Below are positions 35,400 through 48,313 of a DNA stretch of 64,000 nt, in pieces. The notes beneath the pieces were generated by a model. The model had not been told where the DNA came from. It did no database searches and was given only the letters and a program-made list of their open reading frames with translations. Made by a program: the position numbers and the translations under genes. Origin of the DNA: Squalus acanthias (taxonomy: Eukaryota); the NCBI GenBank assembly GCA_030390025.1, contig JASTWF010000093.1, positions 1,054,001 through 1,118,000 of the forward strand. The letters run 5' to 3'. Numbering within the stretch: position 1 is the first letter of the stretch; every line of letters starts with the position of its first letter.

Positions 35400-36470
35400 T
35401 TCAGCTCATCCAAATCTCTGCTGCCCTTCTCCTATCCTGCACTACAATCTGCTAACCCTCCCCCTGTGCTCGCTGGCCTACATTAGCACCTGGTTACCAA
35501 CACCTCAAATTTAAAATTCTTATCCTTGTGGTTAAGTCCCTTCATGGCCTCGTCCCTCCTAATCTCTCTGTACCCTTCTCTAGCCCTACAACCCTCTGAG
35601 ACCTCTGCATTGCTTCAACTCTGGCATCTTGTGAATTCCCTACTGCCATCGCCCTGCCACTGGCAGCCATCTATAGTTTGCGCTCCAGAATTCCCTCCCT
35701 AAACCTCTCTCTCTCTTCCCTCCTCCCTTTTTTAAAACCTTCCTTAAAATCAACCTCTTTGACCAAGCTTTTAGTCACCCCTTCTAATATCTCTCTTTAG
35801 GTGTCAGCCTTGCATCAGGTGGGAGAAGGTTGTGGGTTCAAGCCCAACGCCAGAGACTTGAGCACAAAAATCTAGGCTGACACTCCAGCACCGTACTGAG
35901 GGAGTGCTGCACTGTCGGAGGTGCCGCCTTTCAAATGAGACGTTAAACCGAGGCACCGTCTGCTCTCTCAGGTGGACATAAAAGATCCCATGGCACTATT
36001 AGTTGTCTGCAATTGTAAGGTACACATGCATTGTTCTCTATCTATATATGCTTTGTTGAGTCTGTATTTCTTTACTACTTCACCTGAGGAAGGGGCGATC
36101 GATAGCTCCGAAAGCTTGTGATTTCAAATAAAACTGTTGAACTATAACCTGGTGTTGTGCGACCTCTCAACTATTATGAAGAGCAGGGGAGTTCTCCCCG
36201 GTGTCCTGACTATTATTATCCTTCAACCAACATCACTTTAAAATAAACACATTATCTGGTCATTATCTAATTACTGTTTGTGGGAGCTTGCTGTGCACAA
36301 ATTGGCTGCTGCATTTCCTGCATGACCAAAGTGATCACTTAAAGTACTTCATTGGCTGTAAAGCGCTTTGGGGTTGTGAAAGGCGCTGTATAAATACGTT
36401 TTTTTTGGGCAGATTACGCTACTGTGAAGCACCTTGGGATGTTTTTCTACATTAAATGCGCTGTATCAAT
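35400..36470 (+). mobile_element. L2 3' fragment with nested SacSINE1-like SINE (about 35800-36400)
   Basis: L2 motifs at 35450-35790; Deu core at 35970-36310. Confidence 0.65.
36002..36169 (+). mobile_element. Penelope family 2 pLTR with hammerhead
   Basis: TSD ACTATTA; CTGAGGA-AGGGGC-GATCGATA-GCTCC-GAAA at 36084-36113. Confidence 0.75.
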
Positions 36471-36552
36471 GCACTTTGTTTCTGGTTTAGGCTACTACTG
36501 TGTTATCCAACGTTTAAAAATACTTTCACCATACAATTACATTCTTAAATGC

Positions 36553-36948
36553 AAAGTCGCACAACACCAGGTTATAGTCCAACAGTTTTATTTAAAATTA
36601 CGAGCTTTCGGAGCTCCGCTCCTTCTTCAGGTAAAGGTACAGTGAGGGAATGGATTACACAGTATATATAGACAGAGAACAATGTGTCTGCAGAGATACA
36701 ATCTGTTAGGGAGGCATTACATCAAAGACACAGCAGAGTACAGCTAAGACAATGAGGTGGGTCACAGGGGGTCCAACGTGTCAAATGCTGCCGTCTGCAG
36801 TTAAGCTTTTAACTTTTTTTTGTGTTTTTTTTTAAAAACGGGAAGACAGACAACGATGTCGAGTCACGTTCTGTAGCGTGACATGAACCCGAGATCCCTA
36901 TTGAGGCCGTCCTCATGGGTGCGGAACTTGGCTATCAGTTTCTTTAAG
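36553..36948 (-). mobile_element. Penelope family 2 3' end with hammerhead
   Basis: 13-bp TSD CATTCTTAAATGC; ORF end KLIAKFRTHEDGLNRDLGFMSRY; CTGAAGA-AGGAGC-GGA-GCTCC-GAAA at 36630-36606. Confidence 0.85.
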
Positions 36949-37069
36949 CATTCTTAAATGCGGTCGTGCTTTTATGGTGGTTATATTTTAAACTATTAGC
37001 ATAGAAGACCAAACCAGCACTGAAACCACTGCCGTAATGATCAATAGTTTTCTTTCTTTTTTTCACCAG

Positions 37070-37227
37070 AAATGTAAACTGATCACATTCTCACAAGAAA
37101 TCTCTGGATGCTTGCAGTCACTGTCCTTGCTATTGAATTTATAATTTTAATTCTAGTCATAGCCGTGTGCAAGAAACGTGTTTCACTGGCAAATGGAGAG
37201 AAACAAAATGAACACGGCATTACGTGA
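37070..37227 (+). pseudogene. TM/cytoplasmic exon, premature TAA 37075-37077
   Basis: EM*TDHILTRNLWMLAVTVLAIEFIILILVIAVCKKRVSLANGEKQNEHGIT*; paralog reads EIQTD. Confidence 0.85.
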
Positions 37228-37975
37228 TGGATCATTCAAGAAAATACATGTGATTGGACGCTGCCCCTTCAGCCATGAAAACCGATATTTATTGCCGCAA
37301 CATCGTGGGTTACTGCTTATGGCAGCCTTGAGCCAATGTGGACACGTCTTCTTAACCCTCACTACTAAATATCAACACTCAGAATAACAAGTGCCATCTG
37401 AATGGTCCCTTTTCACATTTGTAACTTCCAAACTCTCTCTATTTAATACAATCGTGTTTTTTGTTTATCTTCTGGACCAGGAGTGGTCATCTTCTGCTGG
37501 ATCAGGACAGCTTAATGCAATAAAGCTTTGTATTTAATTCTATTTTCTTCTTTTGTCATTGTCTCCAAGAATTGCTTTAGTTATTTTAGCACCCTGTCCT
37601 CCTTTAGTTTAACACTTGCGCGGTGAATTTCTTCGGGCCTTCTCCCGCTCCACCGCCATCACTTTGGAAACCCTGTTTTCCTACGTAAACTGACTGCTGC
37701 TGAAGTTAAGGCGGCACTGTGTGTGGGGGGCTGAAAAACCCCAAAGAATTTCCTGGCAGTTCTGTGAGCTGAGACACTGACTGAGGGTGTTTTGAGGATC
37801 AGTGTTCCACACACAGTAAACACTGGGAGCCAGAAACCGCATCCGAGGCTGATTCTTCCCCGTCAGTCTGGGGCACTAAGGGAATTGTAGCACGTTACTC
37901 CAATTAGGAATTAAACCTGGGGCCTTCTTAGTATGGCTGTTATATACTGGTTATGTCAGCTGTACCATCAGATGA

Positions 37976-40490
37976 CATAGAAACATAGATAGGAGCAGGA
38001 GTAGGCCATTCGGCCACTCGAGCCTGTTCCGCCATTTAATGAGATCATGGCTGATCATCCAAATTCAGTACCCTGTCCCTGCTTTCTCCCCATATCCCTT
38101 GATCCCTTTAGCCTTAAGAAATATATCTAACTCCTTCTTGAATATATTTAATGAATTGGCCTCAACTGCCTTGTGTGGTAGAGAATTCCACAGGTTCACC
38201 ACTCTCTGGGTGAAGAAATTCCTCCTCATCTCAGTCCTAAATGGCTTACCCCTTATCTTTAGACAGTGACCCCTGGTTCTGGACTCCCCCGCCATCGGGA
38301 ACATCCTCCCTGTCTCTAGTCTGTATAGTCCTGTTAGAATTTTATAAGTTTCAATGAGATCCCCTCTCATTCTTCTAAACTCCAGCGAATATAAGCCTAA
38401 TCGACCCAATCTCTCCTCATACCTCATTCCTGCCATCCCAGGTATCAGCCTAGTGAATCTTTGCTGCACTCTCTCCATGGCAAGAACATCCTTCCTCAGA
38501 TAAGGTGACCAAAACTGCACACAATACTCAAGGTGTGGTCTCACCAAGGCCCTGTACAACTGCAGCAAGACATCCTTGCTCCTGTACTCGAATCCTCTCG
38601 CTATGAAGGCCAACATACCATTTGCCTTCTTAACCTCCTGCTGCACCTGCATGCTTACCTTCAGCGACTGGTGCACAAGGACACCCAGGTCTCGTTGCAC
38701 TTCCCCTTTTCCCAATTTATTGCCGTTCAGATGATAATCTGTCTTCCTGTATTTTGCCACCGAAGTGGTTAACCTCGCATTTATCCACATTATACTGCAT
38801 TTGCCAAGCATCTGCCCAATCACCCAACCTGTCCAAACCTCACAGCACACACACCCACCCAGCTTTGTGTCGTCTGCAAACTTGGAGATATTAAATCTAG
38901 TTCCCTCGTCTAGATCATTTATATATATATTGTGAATAGCTGGGGTCCTAGCACCGATCCCTGCGGTACCCCACTAGTCACTGCCTGCCACTCGGAAAAA
39001 GACCCGTTTATTCCAACTCTTTGCTTCCTGTCTGCCAACCAGTCCTCTATCCAAGACAGTACCTTACCCTCAATCCCGTGTGCTTTAACTTTGCACGCTA
39101 ATCTCTTATGCGGGACCTTATCGAAAGCCTTCTGAAAGTCCAAATACACCACATCCACTGGTTCTCCCTTATCTATTCTACCAGTTACATCCTCAAAAAA
39201 TTCCAGTAGATTAGTCAAGCATGATTTACCTTTTGTAAATCCATGTTGACTTTGTCCGATCCTGTCACTGTTTTCCAAGTGCTCTGCTATTACATCTTTT
39301 ATAATGGACTCTAGCATTTTCCCCACTACCAATGTCAGACTTACCTGTGTATAATTCCCCGTTTTCTCTCTACCACCTTTTTTAAATAGTGGGGTTACAT
39401 TAGCTATCCTCCAATCCATTGGAACTGTTCCAGAGTCTATCGAATTTTAGAAGATGACCAGCAATGCATCTACTATTTCTAGGGCCACTTCCTTACGTAC
39501 CCTAGGATGTAGATTATCAGGCCATGGGGATTTATCGGCCTTCAATCCCATTAATTTCCCTAACACCATTTCCCTACAAATACTGATTTCATTCAGTTCC
39601 TCCCTTTCATTAGACCCTATGTTCCCCGACATCTCTGGGAGGTTATTTGTGTCCTCCTTTGTGAAGACAGAACCAAAGTATGTATTTAATTGGTCTGCTA
39701 TTTCTTTGTTCCCCATTATAAATTCCCCTGATTCTGACTGCAAGGGACATACACTTGACTTCACCAATCTTTTTCTCTTCACATATCTATAGAAGCTTTT
39801 ACAGTCAGTTTTTATGTTCCCTGCAAGCTTACTCTCATAATCTATTTTCCTCCTCTTAATTAATCCCTTTGTCCTCCTTTGCTGAATCCTAAACTGCTCC
39901 CAATCCTCAGGTTTGCTGCTTTTTCTATCCAATTTATATGTCCTCTCCTTGGATCTTATGCTATCCCTAATATTCCTTGTTAGCCACGGTTGAGTCACCT
40001 TTTTTGTTTTATTTTTATGCCAAACAGGGATGAACAAATTCTGTAGCTCATCCATGCGATCTTTAAATGTTTGCCATTGCCTATCCACCGTCAACCCTTT
40101 AAGTAATGTTCCCCAATCCATCCTAGCCAACTTGTGCCTCATACCATCGTAGTTTCCTTTATTTAAATTCAGGACCCTAGTCGCTGAGTCAACTACTTCA
40201 CTCTCTATCTTAATGAAGAATTCTATCATATTATGATCGCTCCTCCCCAAGGGGCCTCGGACAACAAGATTGCTAATTAATCCTTTCTCATTACATAATA
40301 CCCAGTCTAAGATGGCCTGATCTCTAGTTGGTTCCTCGACATATTGGTCCAGGAAACCATCCCGTATACACTCTAGGAATTCCTCCTCCACAGTATTGTT
40401 ACTAATTTGGTTAGCCCAATCTATATGTAGATTAAAGTCACCCATGATAACTGCTGTGCCCTTATTGCACGCGTCTCCAATTTTCCGTTT
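37976..40490 (-). mobile_element. CR1 (HER1-like) LINE, same subfamily as 4968-7538
   Basis: ORF2 broken into 39447-40445, 38919-39419 and 38065-38850. Confidence 0.95.
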
Positions 40491-41964
40491 GTAAAAGTGG
40501 GTGTGCTAGGAATGGCACTAGTGCAGAGTACGGTTTTAAAAAGATTGCATTGTAACACTACACAGAACTGACTTTAAGTTAAGAACCTTATAAGTTTAAG
40601 GGTGAAATGGCACTCTGATGCACCTATAAGATGCAAACCTGCCAGCACTACTTACCCTACCCAGACTAAAGTGGTTACTTCATACCGGTTCCCCAGAACC
40701 ACTACTGGAACCAACAAAAAGTTCAACCTAAAGTCAAGCTTGTCTCATCCTCTTCAATACAAGCCACACAAAGGGTGCACTTATTTGGAAATTTGTGAAT
40801 CTTTGGAATTCTCTACCCCAGAGGGCTGTGGATGCTCAGTCGTTGAGTATAGATTTCTGGACACTAAAGGAACCAAGGGATATGGGGATCGGGCGGGAAT
40901 GTGGAGTTGATGTAGAAGATCGGCCGTGATATTGAATGGCTCGAAGGGCCGTGTGGCCGACTCCTGCTCCTATTTCTTATGTGCTTAAGCTGACAACTTG
41001 GGAGGAGACACGAGAACAATGTGGGTCAAAATAAATCACGAGACGAGCGCCTAATCTCACAAAAAGGATCCTCAGCAACTGAAGTTACAAACCAGGGAGA
41101 GCCGATGGGAGAAGTTTATGAAAGAACAGAAGGAGAGAAAAAACCATGTGATGGGAGCAAGGGGGGGACTGGTCATGGCGTGAAAGAAACCAATGCCCTG
41201 CACTGCCCACTCTACTACTTTCCTGTCATGGTTCCACTTTCTTGTGTGTTGTGGTTGAATATTCACATTTTTTTTTTAAACTCTAGCTTTTCCCTCTGTT
41301 TTTGGCACTGTCCACTCCAAGCTTTGGTTCATGGAATTTCAACCTTGAAACTGAATACATTTTGCAGTTAAATCTGTCTCCTGAAGCAGCACAGACTGAG
41401 GCCAACATACAATCATATCCTCACGCAGCGATGAATATAATTCTTCAAATCCTCTGGGTGGGAGGAGGCTCGCATGGAGCATAAAAGCCGGCATAGAGCA
41501 GTTGGGCCGAATGGCCTGTTTCTGTGCTGTAGACTCGATGTAACTCCGTGAATCCCAATTTCTAACAATACATAGTGTAGAACTCACAGCAGCTAATCAT
41601 GGAAAAGAAAAACACTGGGATCCTCACTGCCAACATTTTCGGTCACAGATCAGCCATGATCTCATTGAATGGCGGAACAGGCTCGAGGGGCTGAATGGCC
41701 TCCTCCTGTTCCTATGTTCCAGACAGTAAAGAGGCAATCTGCTCACGGGTCCTGTCAGTGCTGTTTTGTAAATGACCAGCAGGTGGCGGTTGAGACCAGT
41801 CCAGGGTGACTTGCTCTCTTGCTTTCCATCTGTGCCTGGGGAGCTGTTAACTGTTCGTTCATGGCTTAAAAATTCTTCATGAAACAAAAACAGAAAAAAA
41901 GCAGGACTTACTCAGCAGGTCAGGCAACATCTGTGGAGAAACAGAAGTCAGTCAGTCGCAAATT

Positions 41965-43272
41965 TAAATTTGATACCAGAAATGCGAGGTTATACCTATC
42001 AGGAAAGGATGAACAGGCTGGGTCTCTTTTGAAAAGAGAAGGCTGAGAGGTGACCTAATAGAGGTCTTTAAAATTATGAAAGGTTTTGATAGAATGGACA
42101 CAGAGAGAGTGGGCTGGATTTTCAATGACCCGTGGAGTCGGGTTTGGAGGCGGGGGGCGGGGGGGGGGGGGTGGGGGGCGGTTAAAGTTGCAGATTCGGG
42201 GGTCCCGACCCCATCCCGACTCCAACCCGCCTCCATGCCAGTTTCTCTGGAGGCGGGTACCCGACCTGTTCTGAGACCCGACTCCCCGAGGCGGGAAGGG
42301 ATTAGTGACAATTAACTGCCTGTTAACAGGTAGTTAACAGGCAGTTTTTTGCCTAATCCCTATTTTAAAAAGAAAAGTGTGGGCTTCCCGACAGGTGGCA
42401 ACCACTCCAAGTTATCGGGGCGGGCCGTGGGTCTGCAGGGGTTGGAGGGGTCGATATGTCCGGTGGGCAGGTGAGTGATGGGTGCATGTGTGCAGAGGTA
42501 AGTGTGTAAGGTAAGTGCTAAGTGTTGGAAAAAGTTTTACTTACCTTAACTTCCTCCTGCAGGTGTCAGCCCTTCAGTTCTCGGGAGTTAGAAATCTCAC
42601 TGGCACAGAAAGCAGGAAAGCCGTGGTTCTGTCAAAACCTGCAGCCTTCTGTTTCCTGTGCTGGAATGATTTCTAACTCAGCCTGAAAGGAAGGACTGAA
42701 GTTAGAAATCACAGAGCTGTCAAACGCTGATATTTCATCTGTCAGAAGCTCTTGACAGATGAAATGTCAGTCTGTGACGTCACCTGTTGCCGGGTGGCCC
42801 TTAATTGGCCTGCTGAGCCCACTGGGCGGGCTCAACAAGGTCAATCAAGGGAAAATACAGTGGGTTGGCCACATCTCGATGGAGGCGGATTCACAAGCCA
42901 GAATGTGTGATTCCCGACCCCAACCCGACTCCAACTTCAAAATCCAGCCCAGTGTTTCCACTTGTGGGGAAGAGCAAAGCTCAGGGCCATCAATATAAGA
43001 TAGTCACCAAGCAATCCAATGGGGAATTCAGAAGAAACTTCTTTACCCAGAGAGTGGTGAGAATGTGGAACTTGCCACCACAAGGAGTGGTTGAAGCAAA
43101 TAGTATAGATGCATTTAAGGGGAGGCTGGATAAGCATGAGGGAGAAGGGAATAGAGGGTTATGCTGATAGAGTTAGATGAGGAAAGACAGGAGGAGGCTC
43201 TAGTGGAGCATAAACGCCGGCAATGACTGGTTGGGCCGAATGGCCTGTTCCGTGCTGTATATCCTATGTAAT
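41965..43272 (+). mobile_element. CR1 3' fragment split by a MITE
   Basis: RRLRGDLIEVFKIM...RNFFTQRVVRMWN. Confidence 0.75.
42111..42950. mobile_element. PIF/Harbinger-like MITE
   Basis: 12-bp TIR GGGCTGGATTTT, 3-bp TSD AGT. Confidence 0.85.
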
Positions 43273-43382
43273 CCAAATTTCCATCCTCCTTTACATTATT
43301 AGTGGTGCTGGATCTTCACACTCGCCATCCAGAGCTGCTTAAAACATTAGGAGGAATCATCATTGTACTCCAATAAAAATAT

Positions 43383-43482
43383 TCTCTCACAGTAACTCTA
43401 CCTGAAGAAGGGGCAGGATAGCTCCGAAAGCTTGTAATTTTAAATAAATCTGTTGGACTATAACCTGGTGTTGTGCGACTTC
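43383..43482 (+). mobile_element. Penelope family 2 pLTR with hammerhead
   Basis: TSD CAATAAAAATAT; CTGAAGA-AGGGGC-AGGATA-GCTCC-GAAA at 43402-43429. Confidence 0.8.
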
Positions 43483-44058
43483 TCAATAAAAATATCACAG
43501 TGTTAGAGCAAGGTTCAGTTTAAATATTCAAACAGGCCCCTCGAGCCTGTTCCGCCATTCAATGAGATCATGGCTGATTTGTGACCTAACTCCATATACC
43601 CGCCTTTGCCCCACATCCCTTAACACCCCTGGTTAACAGAAATCTATCAATCTCGGATTTAAAATGAACAATTTAGTACTGACTAGGATGATGCCAGGTC
43701 TATGCTGAGTTAGCTGATCTGAGCAAGGCCAATAGTGGGGCTCTACATTTGGCTCTGGCTGCAAGACGTCAGTCAGGTTTCCCATTCCTGATCACTGCCC
43801 GTCACCCGTGCTGGAAAGAGTGTGTGTGTGTGGATGTTAAATGAGGATCGTGATCCAGGTCAGGTGGATACCCTCAATGTCCAAACATCTCGCTGTCTAG
43901 GCTTAGACATGAAGAAAGGGTAAAAAGAGAAAGAGCTGCAAATGCTGGAAATCTGAAACAAATTCACAAAAACACATGGCAGGTCCATCAACATCTGTAA
44001 AGGGTTTACACTCTGCCTCAGAACTGAAGATTGGACTCTGAGTGATGAACTAGACAGC

Positions 44059-45127
44059 TGTTGGCACCTGTGCACCATACAACACTTGAGTTACCACCTT
44101 CAGGAGAGGAGAAAATTGGAGGTAAAATACCAATAAAAGTGTCCCTTTTAGATTGTGGGCAGAAGAGAAGGCTGAAGTTCGTGAGGAGTTCGACAGGTTT
44201 GAGGCCTGGGGAAAGAATTAGTGTCGGAAAATAGTGAAACCAATCTTGATTTCAACACAATGGAGATGCCGGGAGGAGGAAGAGTTTGCACGACAGTGAA
44301 TTTGCAGTTAATAAGGAACAAGAGAGGTAAATTCGGGGAAGTACTGACCATAGCAGTATTGATAAAATAGAAGCAAGAAAGACTACAGTAGAAAGAGAAG
44401 TTTGAAGCTATAGGTACGAGGGATTACCTATTAGACAACAAGCTTTTAACTTTTTCCTGTCTAGAACGGGTGGAGGGTGTCAGAAGGGAATGCGATTACA
44501 ATTTTCTTCCATACAGCTTGGTTTTTGGTCTTAAATTCCTTATGTTAGGCCCAAATGCAATTTTATCACTCTGAGGTAGTTCCAAAGTCCTTTTTCCTTA
44601 GGTTTTGGGGATCTGCAAATTTTGGAAACCTTACAGTTAGGATACCTCGACATGAGGAGAAAGCATTGAGTGAATGCCTTCAGAATTTCTAGGGTTACTG
44701 TGGGTCAACCTAGTTTAGGGAAAATGGAAAAGTACAACAATGAGCTCATGACGGCCATGTAAGAAAACAAGCAAAAGACGCCTCGGGATCAGTGAACTGG
44801 GACCGTCTGCTACAGATAAGGTTAGAACAAGGGAGGAAAAGACAGCAGTTGAAAGGGAAATACAAAGATGGAACTAACAGAACTCAGTTCAGCTATCCTT
44901 GTTTGCTAATCTGTACAAATGTGTGATTTGTAACACAAGTTGATTCCCAGCGCTGCAAACTACATGAGGGGTATCGTTTATATGTCCTCAATGGGCCACC
45001 TACTTGCGAGCATATAGACATATATCGCTTACTTGTAGTCTCAGTGCCCGGCAAATATCAATAAACATCTGTCATTGTGTCACTGACTCATGGGTCCTTG
45101 AATCTGTTAAATACGGTTCATACAACA
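44059..45127 (+). mobile_element. LTR-like element
   Basis: TGTTG...CAACA termini, AATAAA at 45060; partly homologous to 11071-12158. Confidence 0.55.
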
Positions 45128-46151
45128 CTCCCATTGTAACATCCAATTGTTTAAGCGATTCTAGGATTTTTGCCTCCACTTAGTCTGGAAGTTTATTCCA
45201 CATGTTGATCACTGTGTGAAGATGAGTTTCCTGATACCTGTCCTAAAACTACCTTTTACTAGCCTGAACCTGTGTCCTCTAGATCTACTTCGGCAACTTA
45301 ATTTAAAGTCACATTCTGGGTTAACTTTTTCTATACCCGTAGCAATCTCTATATGCCTCTGAGATCATCTTTCAGCTGCCTCTTTCTAGGTGGGAAAAAA
45401 ACCCAGTCTTTCCCCTCAATTCAGAGCCCTGACACCTGAGAATCAGTCTTGTGGCTCTTCTCTGCACCGCCTTCAGCATTTGGCTGTCTCTTGCTTCTGG
45501 GTGACCAGAATGGGATGTAGTATTCAAGGTTTGGGTGAACAAAGACACTATAAATTTTGATCGCTCATTCCTCTTCATTATATTCTACCATTTTTGGGCT
45601 GTATAATTCAACATTGGGTCAGCTTTGCTGCTAACCGCTCTGCCTTGGTTGGCCATATTTATCGTAGAGTCTAGCAAGACTCCATGTTCTCTTTCAGTTT
45701 CATTCTTAGCAATTTCAACACCATTCATGCAGTATACATGTTGTCTATTTTTCCTTCCTGTGTGTAGCATTTGTCTGCATTATATTTCATCTGCCATTGT
45801 TCTGCCCACTTGCATATGTTGTCCATCTCACCCTGTAATTTCTAAGCTGCCTCTTCCAAATCCACTGCTTCTCCTAGTTTGGTATCACACATAAATCTGA
45901 CCACTTTGCATCGAGTTTCTGAATCCAGGTCATTTATGTAAATTGGAAATAATAGTGCTCCCAGCACCAACCCTGAGGCACCTGACACAGTACTTCCCTC
46001 CAATCTGACCCAGCTCCTCTGATGAACACTTACTGTTTCCTATCCTTCAGCCAGTTACTTCTCCATTCCCAAAGTTTACCCTGAACCCCCTCAGCCTTGA
46101 GTTTAATGATCAAAAGCCTTTTGAGGTGTCGGAAGGGGTTAACACAGTTCA

Positions 46152-47292
46152 ATAGCAAAATACTGTGGATGCTGGAAATCTGAAATAACAACAGAAAATG
46201 CTGGAAACACTCAGCAGGTCAGGCAGCATCGAGGAGAGAGAAACGGAGTTAACGTTTCGGGTCGAGGACCCTTCGTCAGAACTGGAAAAGGTTACAGACG
46301 TAACAGATTTTTAAGCAGGGGCAGGGAAAGGGAGGAGGGGAGGAAAGAACAAAGGGAGGGACTGTGATAGGCTGGAAGGCAGGAGAGATTAAATGACAAA
46401 AGGGATGATGGTGCAAGGCAAAAGGAGAAGGTAATGGGACAAGTTAAGGAACATAAGATGACTCTAGATGGGGTGTAAATGGCAATGGTAGAATCATCAA
46501 CAGCTACCATGTGAGAAAAATTGGAAAAAAATATATAGGGGCCGAGGTTATAGTCTGAAATTGTTGAACTCGATATTAAATCCAGAAGGCTGTAAAGTGC
46601 TTAATCGAAAGATAAGGTGCTGTTCCTCGAGCTTACATTGAGCGAAGGGGAAGGGGTGTTGGGGGTGATAGAGGAGTGGACCAGGGTGTCGCGGAGGGAG
46701 CGGTCCCTTCAGAATGCTGAAAGCGGGGGGGAGGGGAAGATGTGTTTGGTGGTGGGATCACGCTGGAGGTGGCGGAAATGACGTAGGATGATCCGTTGAA
46801 TGTGGAGGCTGGTGGGGTGAAAGGTGAGGACAAGGGGAACCCTATCGTGGTTCTGGGAGGGAGGGGAAGGGGTGAGAGCAGAAGTGCGGGAAATGGAACT
46901 TACAAGGTCAAGGGCCATGTCAACCACGGTAGAGGTGAATCCTCGGTTGAGGAAAAAGGAAGACATATCGGAAGCACTAGTATGGAAGGTGGCATCGTCA
47001 GAACGATGACTGTATTGGTGCCGTTTCCTGCTCTCGCCCTGAACTGGAAAATTTCATTCACTTGGCTTCCAATTTCCACCCTTCCCTCACCTTCACATGG
47101 TCCATCTACGGCTCTTCCCTTCCCTTCCTCAACTTCTCTGTCTCCGTTTCTGGGGATAGGCTATTGACCAAAATCCACTACAAACCCACTGAGTCTTCCC
47201 GCTTCCTGCAAGGATTCTATTCCATTCTCCCAGTTTCTCCATCTCCGCCGCATCTATTCTGACAATGCCACTCTATCTCAGCCCCCTTCCCT
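46152..47292 (-). mobile_element. Penelope family 1 (inverted paralog of 8703-10125) with hammerhead at 46279-46254
   Basis: Same rearranged structure, with an extra deletion of the GIY-YIG core. Confidence 0.88.
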
Positions 47293-47435
47293 ATGTCTGC
47301 CAGCAAGAGAATGTGCAGCAAAGGAAAGAGAAAGAGAGCGAGAAAGAGAGAGTGAGTGCAGGAGCGAGCAGCAAAAAGGCTGGTGATTGAAGGCAGTGTG
47401 AATGTGCAGAGCTGAGAGCAGCCTCTGCTGGCAAG

Positions 47436-47524
47436 AAAAGCCTACTGCACCTGGTATTCCCAGGCGGTCTCCCAAGTAGGTACTAACCCAGGCCCGCCTC
47501 TGCCTAGCATCTGAGATCGGGTGT
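47436..47524 (-). pseudogene. 5S rRNA pseudogene
   Basis: ACACCCGATCTC...GGGAGACCGCCTGGGAATACCAGGTGCAGTAGGCTTTT. Confidence 0.9.
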
Positions 47525-48313
47525 TGTTTTAAAAAAAAATGTATTTATTAAATTAATCCAACATTAAACACACTGGCGTGGAATTTGCTCTCAGCGGCGC
47601 TCGCCGTTCATTACACTTGCAGCTGCCCACAGACTTTTCGTGGGCTTTTGAGTGGCAACTTACGGTCATCGGGTGTCTGAAACAGCACGGCACCCTCTAC
47701 AGGAGATGTGGGGCGTGTGCGAACAGGGAAAGCAACAACGTGTCTCCTCAACCAATCTTATTGAAGAATCCTCACTGAGACACGCAGTCTAAACCAGGAA
47801 GTGTAAGTTAGAATATTTAATTCAATGTAAAATTATGCACAGCAAGCAAAATAAAGAGAGGGAAAAAGGATGGGATTAAGAGAGAGATAAAAGAGACAGA
47901 AAGAAAAAGTTTTTAAAAATTTAATTTTTAATTTTTTTAAATCTCCAACAATAATTAAAATCTGAAGGAATGAGACCCCACACTTGTAAACATAAATTTT
48001 CAGGTGCAGAGTGTTTGTTTGGCAGTAATTAAGACATATTACGCTGTTAAAAATTCACTTACACCTGAATGCATCAGCCCTAACACTTTCTGGTGTATTT
48101 AGTGGGTTAGTATTGCAACTTCACGCCATTCATTGTTTGAATGCCGAATCTCTCAGCGAGGTACCAGTGTAGCGAAGCTTGTGGAGGAGCAGGGCAAATC
48201 AGACAGCAACTTCAGGATTTCTGTGTTTAATTGCACATGTGCGGAGGCTGGAAGTTGCTGTCCAATTTACTCTACAACGGTGAGCGCTAATAGCCTCACC
48301 TTTATTCTTACCA

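Larger units (their letters stand above)
31421..37227 (+). pseudogene. B7/CD276/butyrophilin-like Ig gene with two nonsense codons
   Basis: Exons 31421-31475 (leader), 33719-34069 (IgV), 34655-34939 (IgC, TAA 34729), 37070-37227 (TM, TAA 37075); all introns GT-AG phase 1; AATAAA at 37519. Confidence 0.9.

Noticed and set aside
41021-41371. 116-aa ORF with hydrophobic C-terminus
   Set aside because: GTG start, no splice context or recognisable domain, and it lies among LINE tail fragments.
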